Source: Myxococcota bacterium (lineage in GTDB: Bacteria > Myxococcota > XYA12-FULL-58-9 > JABJBS01). From it: a stretch of DNA of 18,467 nucleotides. The stretch covers positions 1-18,467 of the forward strand of contig JAYZAY010000091.1 of the NCBI GenBank assembly GCA_036339465.1, given 5' to 3'. Every line of letters begins with the position of its first letter. The first letter of the stretch is position 1. The notes under the pieces are model-generated. The model had not been told where the DNA came from. It ran no database searches and saw nothing but the letters and a program-made list of their open reading frames with translations. The position numbers and the translations under genes were made by a program. This document shows positions 8,883 through 17,602 of the stretch, one piece after another.

Positions 8883-9183
8883 TGGCTTACCAGCAATGTC
8901 GAGATAGGCTATCTCATTCCTTTCAGCGAAAAAACCGAAGCACCGATCCCAACCAACGGATTTGTGATGAAGCCGCCGCCCCTGAAGCAGCGCCGGACAA
9001 GATATTGGTTCATTGCAAGCTCGAGGGAGCTTAGAAAGAGGACATAAACTTCGTGACCAAATTGAACTTCTCAAAAAAGCAACTGACGTACCTATCCCAG
9101 GCATTTACCCTGAATCTATTATTTGTGCCTACCTTTCCGATCACTTACCTGTATGGGCCAAATTAGATATCTCAAACCCATAA
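8883..9183 (+). pseudogene. Frameshifted remnant of an endonuclease/exonuclease/phosphatase (EEP) family gene
   Basis: The frame ending at TAA 9181-9183 reads YLSDHLPVWAKL, the EEP C-terminal SDH motif (9136-9153). A second frame gives PDKILVH (8993-9013) and a third gives IPTNG...KQRR, in the order expected for EEP proteins. No intact ORF spans them, and the 5' boundary is approximate. Confidence 0.5.
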
Positions 9184-9240
9184 AAATCCATGATATTTAT
9201 TCTCGTAGAACATCCTATAAGGCTCTGTTGTTAAAGAGAA

Positions 9241-10254
9241 TTAATCCCCTCGAATATCTCCCTTAAGCATCCCCAAAAATTCTTTTCTAACCCGAGCATT
9301 CATATTTCTATAGTTATGGAATGGCGTATGCTCTTTCGAGCCTTGCGGGCTCCATTCTATGCCCCAGAGAGGATCGATGGCGTTGGGTAGGAACGCATAT
9401 CGAAGATCACCGATCACATTTTCCTCATGGGGGTGTTTGATCAAATATTGATTCGAGAAATAGGCAAAACGCTGAAGGTCTTCGGCGTGTAGGTCTGAAA
9501 GAGAATGGGCTTCAATAAACGCTTCCACAACAATTCGGGGTACTGCTTCACCCACAAAAACTTGATTCTGGCCAAGCCACGGTATCCGAATCGCATCCAC
9601 GTAATAAGAGCCCGAAAACTGATAATAGGACCGAAATAGAAAATTATTTCCGAACGAAGGTTTCACTTCTCCTCGAACAATCTCATGGCCTCGCTCCGTT
9701 GCCAAAGTGATTTGGACCTCTTTGGCTCTCTCGTGTTGGAGGAAGCCAAAAGCCATATACAATCCAGCCAAAAGCGTCGCGATTCTCAACCACCCTTGTT
9801 GCTTTCGAGCCATGGTTAGACTGAGTCCACCCACCAAGCACCCCGTAAAAATCGGATCGACAATGGAAATACTGTTCCAAGCAACTCTTTGATTTGATAG
9901 CGGCCAAAATAAGTAAGTTCCATAGCTGGTACACGCATCCAAAAGGCCATGGGTAGCATAACCTATCAGAGCGGGGATCATCGCATCCCTAAACTTAAGT
10001 CGTGTTCTAAATAAGCACGAAAGGATCAGGGCCACCAAAGCCGCGCCAAAGGGAATAAAAAAAATAGAATGGGTAAAGTGGCGGTGATAATCGAGAAATA
10101 GGAGTGGATCAGAAGATGAACGGATAAACACATCGAGATCAGGCGCCAATCCCCCACAAGCGCCAATCATCACCCACTTGGGTAGATTTTTGTGTTTAGG
10201 GGTCAGCACTCCTGCCGCAGCCGCCCCAATGACTCCTTGGGTAATGACGTCCAT
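9241..10254 (-). CDS. Membrane-bound metal-dependent hydrolase (YdjM/LexA-binding inner-membrane hydrolase family)
   Basis: MDVITQGVIGAA is the family-typical N-terminus, so ATG 10254 is preferred over 10314. Motifs APDLD, HRHFTHS, THGLLDACTSYGT and SIVDP, plus several TM segments. Confidence 0.92.
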   Translation of the reverse strand: MDVITQGVIGAAAAGVLTPKHKNLPKWVMIGACGGLAPDLDVFIRSSSDPLLFLDYHRHFTHSIFFIPFGAALVALILSCLFRTRLKFRDAMIPALIGYATHGLLDACTSYGTYLFWPLSNQRVAWNSISIVDPIFTGCLVGGLSLTMARKQQGWLRIATLLAGLYMAFGFLQHERAKEVQITLATERGHEIVRGEVKPSFGNNFLFRSYYQFSGSYYVDAIRIPWLGQNQVFVGEAVPRIVVEAFIEAHSLSDLHAEDLQRFAYFSNQYLIKHPHEENVIGDLRYAFLPNAIDPLWGIEWSPQGSKEHTPFHNYRNMNARVRKEFLGMLKGDIRGD

Positions 10255-10341
10255 AGAATGAGGCTTATCTTTGCGAGAGGTAGGTATCAAGGAAACACAC
10301 CGTATTCGTCTCAATGCCCGCCTAGAGACCCTCCGCTGCCA

Positions 10342-11403
10342 TCATCTAAAGGAAAGCGTGGTGGCCAGAGGCTGAAAGACTAAATCGGCCGGCGGCTGAG
10401 GAAAAGTCCCCAAATTTGAATCCTGTCTCCCTGCCATTTGCGTGGGTTTAATCGGCAAGTATTCGCAAATAAAATCATTGATGGCGCCTTCGTCGCATGG
10501 GATATCTTGCGTTTCAGGCGCTTCTTTCGCCAATGCAGTAGACTCGCCGTACTTTGGGAAATCATAAGCCGACGTTGGTCTTGAATGAAACACGACGTCA
10601 GATGTTGATGGACCATCCCAGAACTTTTTTTTCACCCAGCCTAGCTCCAAGTAAAGCACAGCTAAGGGGCCGCCGTTTCTCCTCTGCAAGACCATCCCAA
10701 TGGATTTGCGAAAATTCGTCCAACTCTTCGGAGAGAGCTTCCAGAGCATTGGCATCGAGTTCCAGAATTTCTTCATAGGACCGCTCCATCAAGACTACTG
10801 CAGAAAGATGCAACCTCAGCCACCTATCATGGCTGGTATCCCCAAAATGATGATGATTTTGCAAAACCAGATCGAGATAGTGAGTATTATCGAAGCTGTG
10901 GGCACCAGCGGGCTCCGAGGGACCCCGGGCAACAATATTTTTTGGGCAAGGAACTTAGTGTGGCGCTATTTTCGAGGTCGTATCCTCCATGGTTTCATCC
11001 CAGTTCACAAGCTTGTCCACTTCACACGCATCTTCACCCACACCCGCAATCACTCCGCCAGACCTTCTTTATCAGGACCGAGAAGTCTCAGAACCTCTCC
11101 CATTAACCCAGGCTGACTGGCCCGGCCCCATCCAATCACCGAGCCAAATTGTGATAGATGGTTGGGCAATGACGAGAGATTTCCAAAAGTTAAACCGCCA
11201 TAAAATTTATCATAGTCTAACCTTGTGATTTGAATCCCCTGAGGATCACCTGACTTTTTTGGGAAATGGGAGACAAACCGAAAGAGAGGGATGTGGCCAC
11301 AATTTATATGCACCATGAATGCGCTTTGCCGCGAATCATTTCTGGGCAGTGCCGAAATTCGGGTATCGTCTTTCGACCTTAAAACGGCGACAAGACCTTT
11401 CAA
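10342..11403 (-). pseudogene. Possible degraded gene of unknown function (chain of minus-strand ORF fragments)
   Basis: Overlapping minus-strand open segments (11403-11050, then a frame interrupted by TAA at 10957-10955 running to 10598, then a frame ending at 10342) tile the gap. One overlap coincides with an A8 run (10625-10632). No family recognised. Confidence 0.3.
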
Positions 11404-11424
11404 GACTTTTATCGACAGGCTAGG

Positions 11425-12798
11425 TTACTCCACCACCAACACGGTCATCATGCCACCGTAAGCATGGGGGAGAATATGACAATGCGCCATCCATTCTCCA
11501 GGATTATCGGCGTGAACCTTCAACCTTGCGCGGCCATAAAGGGGAATATTGATGGTGTCACTCATTTCTCGCTCTGTAACAGGGATCCCATTGCGCGAAA
11601 TGATTTCAAATACCAAACCATGAAGATGAAAAGGGTGTTCGGCGTTCGAAATATTCCGAATCTCCAAAATTGCGGTGCTCCCTTGCAGGAGCTTACGGGG
11701 CTCTATATTTGGAAACGACTCGGAACTCAAAAGCCATTTTCCACTCCATGGGTCCCCTTGAAGGGTATAAATAATGTCCGGAGCTTGTTCTGAAAAACTG
11801 GGTGGTTGGCCATCTAATGGCCATTGCACTTCGACATCCGCCGCTTCTTCTCCATCAGCGCGCGCCGTCAAAATCACCTCTGGAGCCTGAAAGGTCAAAC
11901 CTCCCAAATGCGAATAGGGCACACTCTCCAGGGTGAGTGGCTCGTCTTCCAATACCAGTTCAAATTCGGCACGGTCTCCGGGGCCAAATAAAACCGATTC
12001 TGGGTGTCGCAATACGGAAAGAAATCCCTGGTCGCCTCCAATCTGCTTCATCTGGGGCCAACGGAGGTTTAGGTATTGAACATTACTCGCGTTCAATATT
12101 CTCAGTCGATAAACTTGGCCCTTGGTGAGCTCTAGAAAATCGGTCTCGTTTTGATTGATTAACCAAGAAGCAACCTTACCGTGATGATCTCTACGGTCTA
12201 CATAGTGGTCGTGATTCATATGCTCACCCGCATCATCGAAAATCATCACAATCTCCGGGACATCTGGGCCTTCGTCCTCCTCCACAATCAAAACCCCATA
12301 GAGGCCTCGGTCAAGCTGTTTCTCTGTGTCGAAGTGGGGGTGGTACCAAAAAGTACCGGTTTGCTCCACGGTAAATTCATAAAGAAAAGACGCCCCAGGC
12401 TCTATGGGTTCTGCCTTCCAGGTAACCCCATCCATGGCATAAGGCACTTTTAGGCCATGCCAATGGATGGTGGTCGCACTCTCAAGATTATTGGTTAAGT
12501 GCACACGAACCGTATCTCCCACTTTTACACGAATGGTTGGCCCGGGGACCTGCCCATTGTAATGGTAGAAGGTCTCCATCTTACCATTGACTTCTTTTGA
12601 ATATTGGGTCGCTTCGAGCTCGGTCTCAAATAGGGTTGGGCTTGGGTTGGTATCCACGGCTTCCGGGGGATTGAAGGCCTCGAGGGTGAGGGATCGGACA
12701 CTCTTTGAGAAGTCAAAAACAGAAATCCCAACATCTTCTTTGCAAGACAGACTCACACCGACAACACATCCAATTGAGATGAAGAATAAGCGCGTCAC
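11425..12798 (-). CDS. Multicopper oxidase (laccase/CueO-like), predicted lipoprotein
   Basis: All four copper motifs are present: HWHG, WYHPH, HPFHLHG and HCHILPHAYGGM (axial Met). GTG 12798 overlaps the upstream TGA (GTGA) with GGAGG 7 nt upstream. The signal ends in a lipobox-like SLSC. Confidence 0.95.
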   Translation of the reverse strand: MTRLFFISIGCVVGVSLSCKEDVGISVFDFSKSVRSLTLEAFNPPEAVDTNPSPTLFETELEATQYSKEVNGKMETFYHYNGQVPGPTIRVKVGDTVRVHLTNNLESATTIHWHGLKVPYAMDGVTWKAEPIEPGASFLYEFTVEQTGTFWYHPHFDTEKQLDRGLYGVLIVEEDEGPDVPEIVMIFDDAGEHMNHDHYVDRRDHHGKVASWLINQNETDFLELTKGQVYRLRILNASNVQYLNLRWPQMKQIGGDQGFLSVLRHPESVLFGPGDRAEFELVLEDEPLTLESVPYSHLGGLTFQAPEVILTARADGEEAADVEVQWPLDGQPPSFSEQAPDIIYTLQGDPWSGKWLLSSESFPNIEPRKLLQGSTAILEIRNISNAEHPFHLHGLVFEIISRNGIPVTEREMSDTINIPLYGRARLKVHADNPGEWMAHCHILPHAYGGMMTVLVVE

Positions 12799-15038
12799 TT
12801 GAGTACCTCCATCATCAAGGTATCCGAAATAGACCACATTTTCTCACGCATTAACCAGCCTGGAAACCGCCGATACCAGAGACGCGCATGCACCGTGGGT
12901 GTTTCGCAGCTCCCCGCAAAACGGTGCTCTCCTTCAAAGGATTGGGCAGGTAAAAGACGATTGTCCACACGAATATCAATTGCCCTGAAATGTGACACCC
13001 GCTCCTTCCCATTTCGGTCGACCATGACGCGCGCAAACCCAAACCCTGGCCTTCCCGCTGGTTCGAAAGCCACCGTATCATCGGTGCTCAAGGCATCACC
13101 CAAATAAGCGATTTCGCCTGCTGGTAGAGGCGCATCCAAAGTAACCTGCGACCCTTCCATGGAAAGGATGGTCGACTCGCCCACAAAAACTTCCCGCTGC
13201 AATCCCTTTTCAGCCACCGTAAAGCGTCCGTCGCCAAAGGGGCCATAGCCGGTATAGTCGATGTATGACCCTTCCCGGCGAACAACCCGGACCACCTGCC
13301 CAATTTTCGCCGATTCCCATTGGGTCCAATCCTCATCAGCCTTCTTCATTTGGTGGTAGCCAATAAAACCCGGGATAGTCACCCCACCTTTGGGACGAAT
13401 AGGGCTGTCTCCGCAGAATGCATCCACAGTGTAAAATATGCTACGAGAAGGTTCACCTGTGGGAATCGCATGGCCCGCGCCACGGTTTTCTATTTTGACA
13501 TTCACCACAAGCTCATCACCGATTCGCTGCTTGTCCACAAACATCGAAGCTGCCAATGCCAATAAATTTTCCGTGGTTGTTCGAGGGCCAACGAGACCAT
13601 GGGAACGAATCGTGCCCGGCGTACGTATAAACCCCGTCGCCAGCCCTTCAAGAGCCAATTGGTTTGGTTTTAAAACCGCACCATTGACCCTATGGGGCAT
13701 TGGTGGGAGATGGCATGCATTGCAATGTACCTTGCCCCCAAACGGTCCAGCAAGCCATTCCGAATACGTCGAATGGACTGGAAGTTTATTCCCTGGCCAT
13801 TTTGTGCTCGATGCTTCCGGCACCGTTTGATGGTATTCATGACAGCCACCACAAATTTTACCATTCCGGTAATGGTCTCTCTGAACTGCCCCCATCACAT
13901 TGGTTGGAACGTCGTGTCGGGGACCAAAGAAAAGAGGCTCTAAGGAATCACCGACCACCCCTTGAATAACGTCGGATGGCCGTAAAAGTTTTAATGCTCC
14001 TCCGACACCAGGGTTCTCGTTTTCCAGGTCCACCGACTCCACCCGATGACAAACATCGCAAAAGACTCCAGAATCATGGGCTCGTTTTTCAGCTTGAAGA
14101 ATATTTCGTGAGCCTAGCTTTCCGTTCATTCCTGGAACATGACAATTTGAACATTGGCCAAACTCTGTGGCCGTGGAAGCGCATCCATTGGGGCTCGAAC
14201 ACGCCGGATTTAAAAAATCCAAAACATTCTCCCCAAAATAGCACTTTTCTCCCGAAAAACGTTCGTGTACACCATTCAAACCAACCCAAACCCCACCTCG
14301 TTCCTCGCACAAAGTGGGCTCGGTGATGCCCGAAGCGGCACCACTGTAGAGATCCAGAAGTTGATTTGATGACCCAGCTTTCTGATGAACCGTTCCATAC
14401 CATTCTGAGTATGTGGGTCGATGGCAATGGGAACACATATAAGAGTAGTCGGGGAGCTCCGGCGTGCCTGGGTCCATGAATATGTAGGATTCATTGTCTT
14501 CTCTAGAAAACCGAGAAAGTTTGATGGTATAGGGCCCGGGATTGCCTTCTTCATGAATCACAAAGCCAATACGGGCATCCGGGTGCGATGCAACGATGAT
14601 GCGATCGCTTCCCATAGTCGGCAAGAGGGGAACAATGGCATAACCATTCGCGTTTGTCCGAAAATGCGCCGATTTCCCACCTTGCATCACCAACACATTC
14701 GGGCAAGGTTCACCATCCAAGAGAACTTGAATCACAGGCGCATTAGGGTCATCGGAGATAGGGACGACCACCGTCTCGTCCTCCGCCGAAATTTCCACTG
14801 GAATCCCCCCGGTCTCGAAGGGATTTTCGTTCACAATGTCTATTTTGGTGTCACTGCTGTCGTTGGTATCACTGCTGTCGTTGGTATCACTGCTGTCGTT
14901 GGTATCACTGCTGTCGTTGGTATCACTGCTGTCGTTAGTATCACTGCTGTCGTCGCAATCACAGGCCCAACTCAACGATAGAAACAGAACGATGATACCT
15001 GCCCTATGGTTTGACCAAAATCGCGTCCGCACTGCCAT
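12795..15038 (-). CDS. Multiheme (5 CxxCH) c-type cytochrome, predicted lipoprotein
   Basis: Heme motifs CSHCH, CSNCH, CDVCH, CGGCH and CNACH. HSTYSEW and GAGHAIPTG are typical of large c554-like multiheme proteins. The signal ends SWAC and is followed by a (DSSDTN)n linker. A purine-rich GAAAGGAAAG lies upstream. Confidence 0.93.
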   Translation of the reverse strand: MAVRTRFWSNHRAGIIVLFLSLSWACDCDDSSDTNDSSDTNDSSDTNDSSDTNDSSDTNDSSDTKIDIVNENPFETGGIPVEISAEDETVVVPISDDPNAPVIQVLLDGEPCPNVLVMQGGKSAHFRTNANGYAIVPLLPTMGSDRIIVASHPDARIGFVIHEEGNPGPYTIKLSRFSREDNESYIFMDPGTPELPDYSYMCSHCHRPTYSEWYGTVHQKAGSSNQLLDLYSGAASGITEPTLCEERGGVWVGLNGVHERFSGEKCYFGENVLDFLNPACSSPNGCASTATEFGQCSNCHVPGMNGKLGSRNILQAEKRAHDSGVFCDVCHRVESVDLENENPGVGGALKLLRPSDVIQGVVGDSLEPLFFGPRHDVPTNVMGAVQRDHYRNGKICGGCHEYHQTVPEASSTKWPGNKLPVHSTYSEWLAGPFGGKVHCNACHLPPMPHRVNGAVLKPNQLALEGLATGFIRTPGTIRSHGLVGPRTTTENLLALAASMFVDKQRIGDELVVNVKIENRGAGHAIPTGEPSRSIFYTVDAFCGDSPIRPKGGVTIPGFIGYHQMKKADEDWTQWESAKIGQVVRVVRREGSYIDYTGYGPFGDGRFTVAEKGLQREVFVGESTILSMEGSQVTLDAPLPAGEIAYLGDALSTDDTVAFEPAGRPGFGFARVMVDRNGKERVSHFRAIDIRVDNRLLPAQSFEGEHRFAGSCETPTVHARLWYRRFPGWLMREKMWSISDTLMMEVLK
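14845..14953. repeat. In-frame 18-bp tandem repeat, about 6 copies, encoding (DSSDTN)n
   Basis: Unit TCACTGCTGTCGTTGGTA starts at 14851, 14869, 14887 and 14905 (identical), 14923 (one mismatch) and 14941 (partial). Confidence 0.97.
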
Positions 15039-15469
15039 TTCTTTCCTTTCCCAATCGCCATGGGCTTTTCAGTAGCACGTTGAACGCAAGGCACTTGAAA
15101 CCGTCTTACGTTTAAGGTCTCAGGAGACAATCCCATCACCGCAAACTGTAACGAAGTCAGGTTCTCCCCTTTGTCTCGGGTGGCAATACTCACGTTTTTC
15201 CGCTTTCCACAAGGGCTTACCTCGAACCCCAACCTCGAAAACTTATTGCTGGCTCGAAGAACCAACGGACCCGAAAAAACCACTTGGGTCAAACTACGGA
15301 AAACAGAAACAAAGTTGGCCGCAGGAAAGCGACAATTCGAGGTGGAGAGAGCCTATCGGTTTTCATATGACGGGGTGAAGAAACTTCTCGGCGAAACAAC
15401 GCTCTCGAACTTGTTGAGGGCATTTTTTTTGTTCCAAAAAGGCCACCGTCTGGATAACCGCCCATGTTT

Positions 15470-16309
15470 TTAGATGCGGGCCAAGCTGATGACCTCAAGG
15501 GTACGGATCTCTTCGTCAAGAAGCTCAAAGTCGAAGGCACGTAGATCCAAATTCATATGATTTGGGTTGGTGGTGCCGGTGAGAGGAAGCATCTGGAGAC
15601 GGCGACAAAAATTGAATACCACCTGAGCCGGTTGAGCCTGCGTACGCAGACATATTTCCTTAAAGTCGGGATGCCCGAAAACCTCAGGGTTGGCAGTGAG
15701 TAGAGAGAAACCCTGGTAAACAATTCCGTGCTCTAAGCAAATGCCTCTAATTTCTCGATCCCATCGGTATTTCGCGTAGCATCTATTTTGAACAAAAGTA
15801 GGGAAGACCTTGGCCTTGCTGACGAGCGACCGTAGCTGTTGGCAATTGACATTACTAACGCCAATATACTTTACCCTACCAGCCCTTTGAAGCTCCTCGA
15901 GCGTTCTCCAGACCTCCCAGTCGGATGCGGTAAGACTCGAAGAACTCGCAGGGCCATGGAGCAGGTAGGAATCCAAATAATCGGTCTGGAGATGCTCCAA
16001 AGAACTGGCGAAGGATTGGCGGATTTGGGTAGGGATATCAGCGTTTGGGTCGTAGGGAAGACGGTGGTCTTGGCCTCGTTGGTATGTGAATTTTGTTTGC
16101 AGGAAAAGGTCTTCGCGCTTAAGCAAGCCTTCCTGGAAAATTTTGGTTAACGCTGTTCCCACCCCCGTTTCGAAATAATGGCGCCTCTGATTGGCGGTAT
16201 CGATGGCTCGGAATCCAGCACGAAGTGCTTGAAGGGTCAGTGGCTCTGTCTGGTCTTCTTTCCACGCTGTTCCATATACAAAGTTTGGGAGAGTAGGTCG
16301 ATGGGTCAT
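15470..16309 (-). CDS. Aldo/keto reductase
   Basis: Motifs YGTAW, GFRAIDTAN (Asp), HY (Tyr), REDLFLQTKF (Lys), DYLDSYLLHGP (His) and IGVSN. AAGGAGG RBS upstream of the ATG. Confidence 0.95.
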   Translation of the reverse strand: MTHRPTLPNFVYGTAWKEDQTEPLTLQALRAGFRAIDTANQRRHYFETGVGTALTKIFQEGLLKREDLFLQTKFTYQRGQDHRLPYDPNADIPTQIRQSFASSLEHLQTDYLDSYLLHGPASSSSLTASDWEVWRTLEELQRAGRVKYIGVSNVNCQQLRSLVSKAKVFPTFVQNRCYAKYRWDREIRGICLEHGIVYQGFSLLTANPEVFGHPDFKEICLRTQAQPAQVVFNFCRRLQMLPLTGTTNPNHMNLDLRAFDFELLDEEIRTLEVISLARI

Positions 16310-17107
16310 GCTGCCTCCTTTTTGGGTCGAAGTAAGGAAGCATTTTTAGAAGCGAGATTTTCCCTATTTGACCCGACTTGATTAAATTGATGACATGGAC
16401 CTTCTCTAGTTGCAATGGATGAGGCAATCGGCGACTCCCGAGTCAGTTTTACGCAATAACTCCTCCGATTGGCCGGTAAAGACGAAATGGTCGAATCCGT
16501 ATACTCAGTGCCACGGGTTCACAATGGTAACCTTCGCTCCGAGGATCTACCGTGCTGAAATCCCAGATTGATTGTTTCCCATTTTCGTTTCCCTACTTCG
16601 GCTCTTCTCAAGCAAGTTGCACCCACGACCACGGGCTTTCCATCGAAAAGACGAGCGGGATCGTCTTTCCCTTACTGAACCCTCACGCACCTCCCTATTC
16701 GACAGTTTTATCATAACCTATATTATCGGGCATAGGGGCATGATTTCCTGGTCGTCGTTCTTGGTGGTTGAAATGCAAATACCGGTGTTACCTTCCCCGC
16801 TTTCTAGATCAAGAGGGCGCGGGGTGACCTAATTTAGGTGGATTGGGGCACGCCGGTTTCGCTCGATGGTCGCAGCGCTCAGGGGCAAGCAATCCACACG
16901 AAGACACTTAGACAAAAGGTCCTTAATCCATTCTCCTTGTCGGGTGGCGTTTCGCCGTCGATGCATAAGAGTTGGGTTGGAGGTTGCCGCATAGTCAATA
17001 AACGAAACGGAATAGTTGGAGAGTAATGAGGAGACATCGAATCTTAACTTTGGGAGCGGGATAGCTCGGTCGAAGCACATACCGTTGGGGACGTCATTCA
17101 TGTAGAT

Positions 17108-17146
17108 AAAGATTTCGCAATCTTTGCACTCCACTAGATTGGAGTG
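17108..17146. promoter_or_regulatory. Two adjacent 7-bp inverted repeats upstream of the response regulator
   Basis: AAAGATT-tcgc-AATCTTT (17108-17125) and CACTCCA-ctagat-TGGAGTG (17127-17146). Function unknown. Confidence 0.35.
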
Positions 17147-17182
17147 ATAATATGAGCGGAGATATACTTGAGAGGTCGATGA

Positions 17183-17602
17183 GTGACGAAAAAAAATGTT
17201 GTTCTTGTTATAGATGACGATCAGGGTATTCGCGAGTCTTTGTGCATCCTGCTCAAGTCGCGAGGGTTAGATGTTCATGGCGCGGCTGATGGGGCGGAGG
17301 GTGTGTCTCTTTTTCGCAAGATTCGCCCCGATTTAGTTATTTGTGACCTCATCATGCCAGGTCAGCATGGTTACCAGACCATTACAGAAATTAAACGAAT
17401 GGACCTCGAAGTGCGGATCATTGCGATGTCCGGTGGTACACCTCGCACAGGAGGGGGGCGGGGACAGGTTGGAACTACGCCTGAAGCAATGCTGGCTTGG
17501 TCTGCTCGGTTTGGCGCTGATCGTGTTTTTGTCAAACCGTTTGAGCCTTCCGAGTTGCTTAACGAAGTTTTCGAAATGCTACCCGAAGCCAAAGCGGAGT
17601 AA
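17183..17602 (+). CDS. Single-domain response regulator (CheY-like receiver)
   Basis: Motifs VLVIDDD, DLVICDLIMPG (phospho-Asp), IIAMSG and VFVKPF. GAGG upstream of the GTG. Confidence 0.95.
   Translation: MTKKNVVLVIDDDQGIRESLCILLKSRGLDVHGAADGAEGVSLFRKIRPDLVICDLIMPGQHGYQTITEIKRMDLEVRIIAMSGGTPRTGGGRGQVGTTPEAMLAWSARFGADRVFVKPFEPSELLNEVFEMLPEAKAE

Noticed and set aside
10700..11116. 138-aa plus-strand ORF
   Set aside because: It mirrors the more protein-like minus-strand frame and has no family motif.
11425..12798. MCO as copper nitrite reductase (nirK)
   Set aside because: It has the full laccase-type T1/T2/T3 motif set, including HCH and HxHG pairs, which NirK lacks.
14845..14953. 18-bp repeat as CRISPR, or the antisense ORFs (SLLSLV)n and (ITAVVG)n as membrane proteins
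   Set aside because: There are no spacers and the repeat is in frame within the cytochrome. The antisense ORFs are by-products of the repeat.
15171..15473. 100-aa plus-strand ORF between the cytochrome and aldo/keto reductase genes
   Set aside because: TTG start without a clear RBS and no recognisable motif. It could be a gene remnant, but I cannot support it.
16572..17134. Short ORFs 16572-16832, 16829-17134 and 16838-17026
   Set aside because: They use non-ATG starts, overlap on opposite strands and show no recognisable domains.
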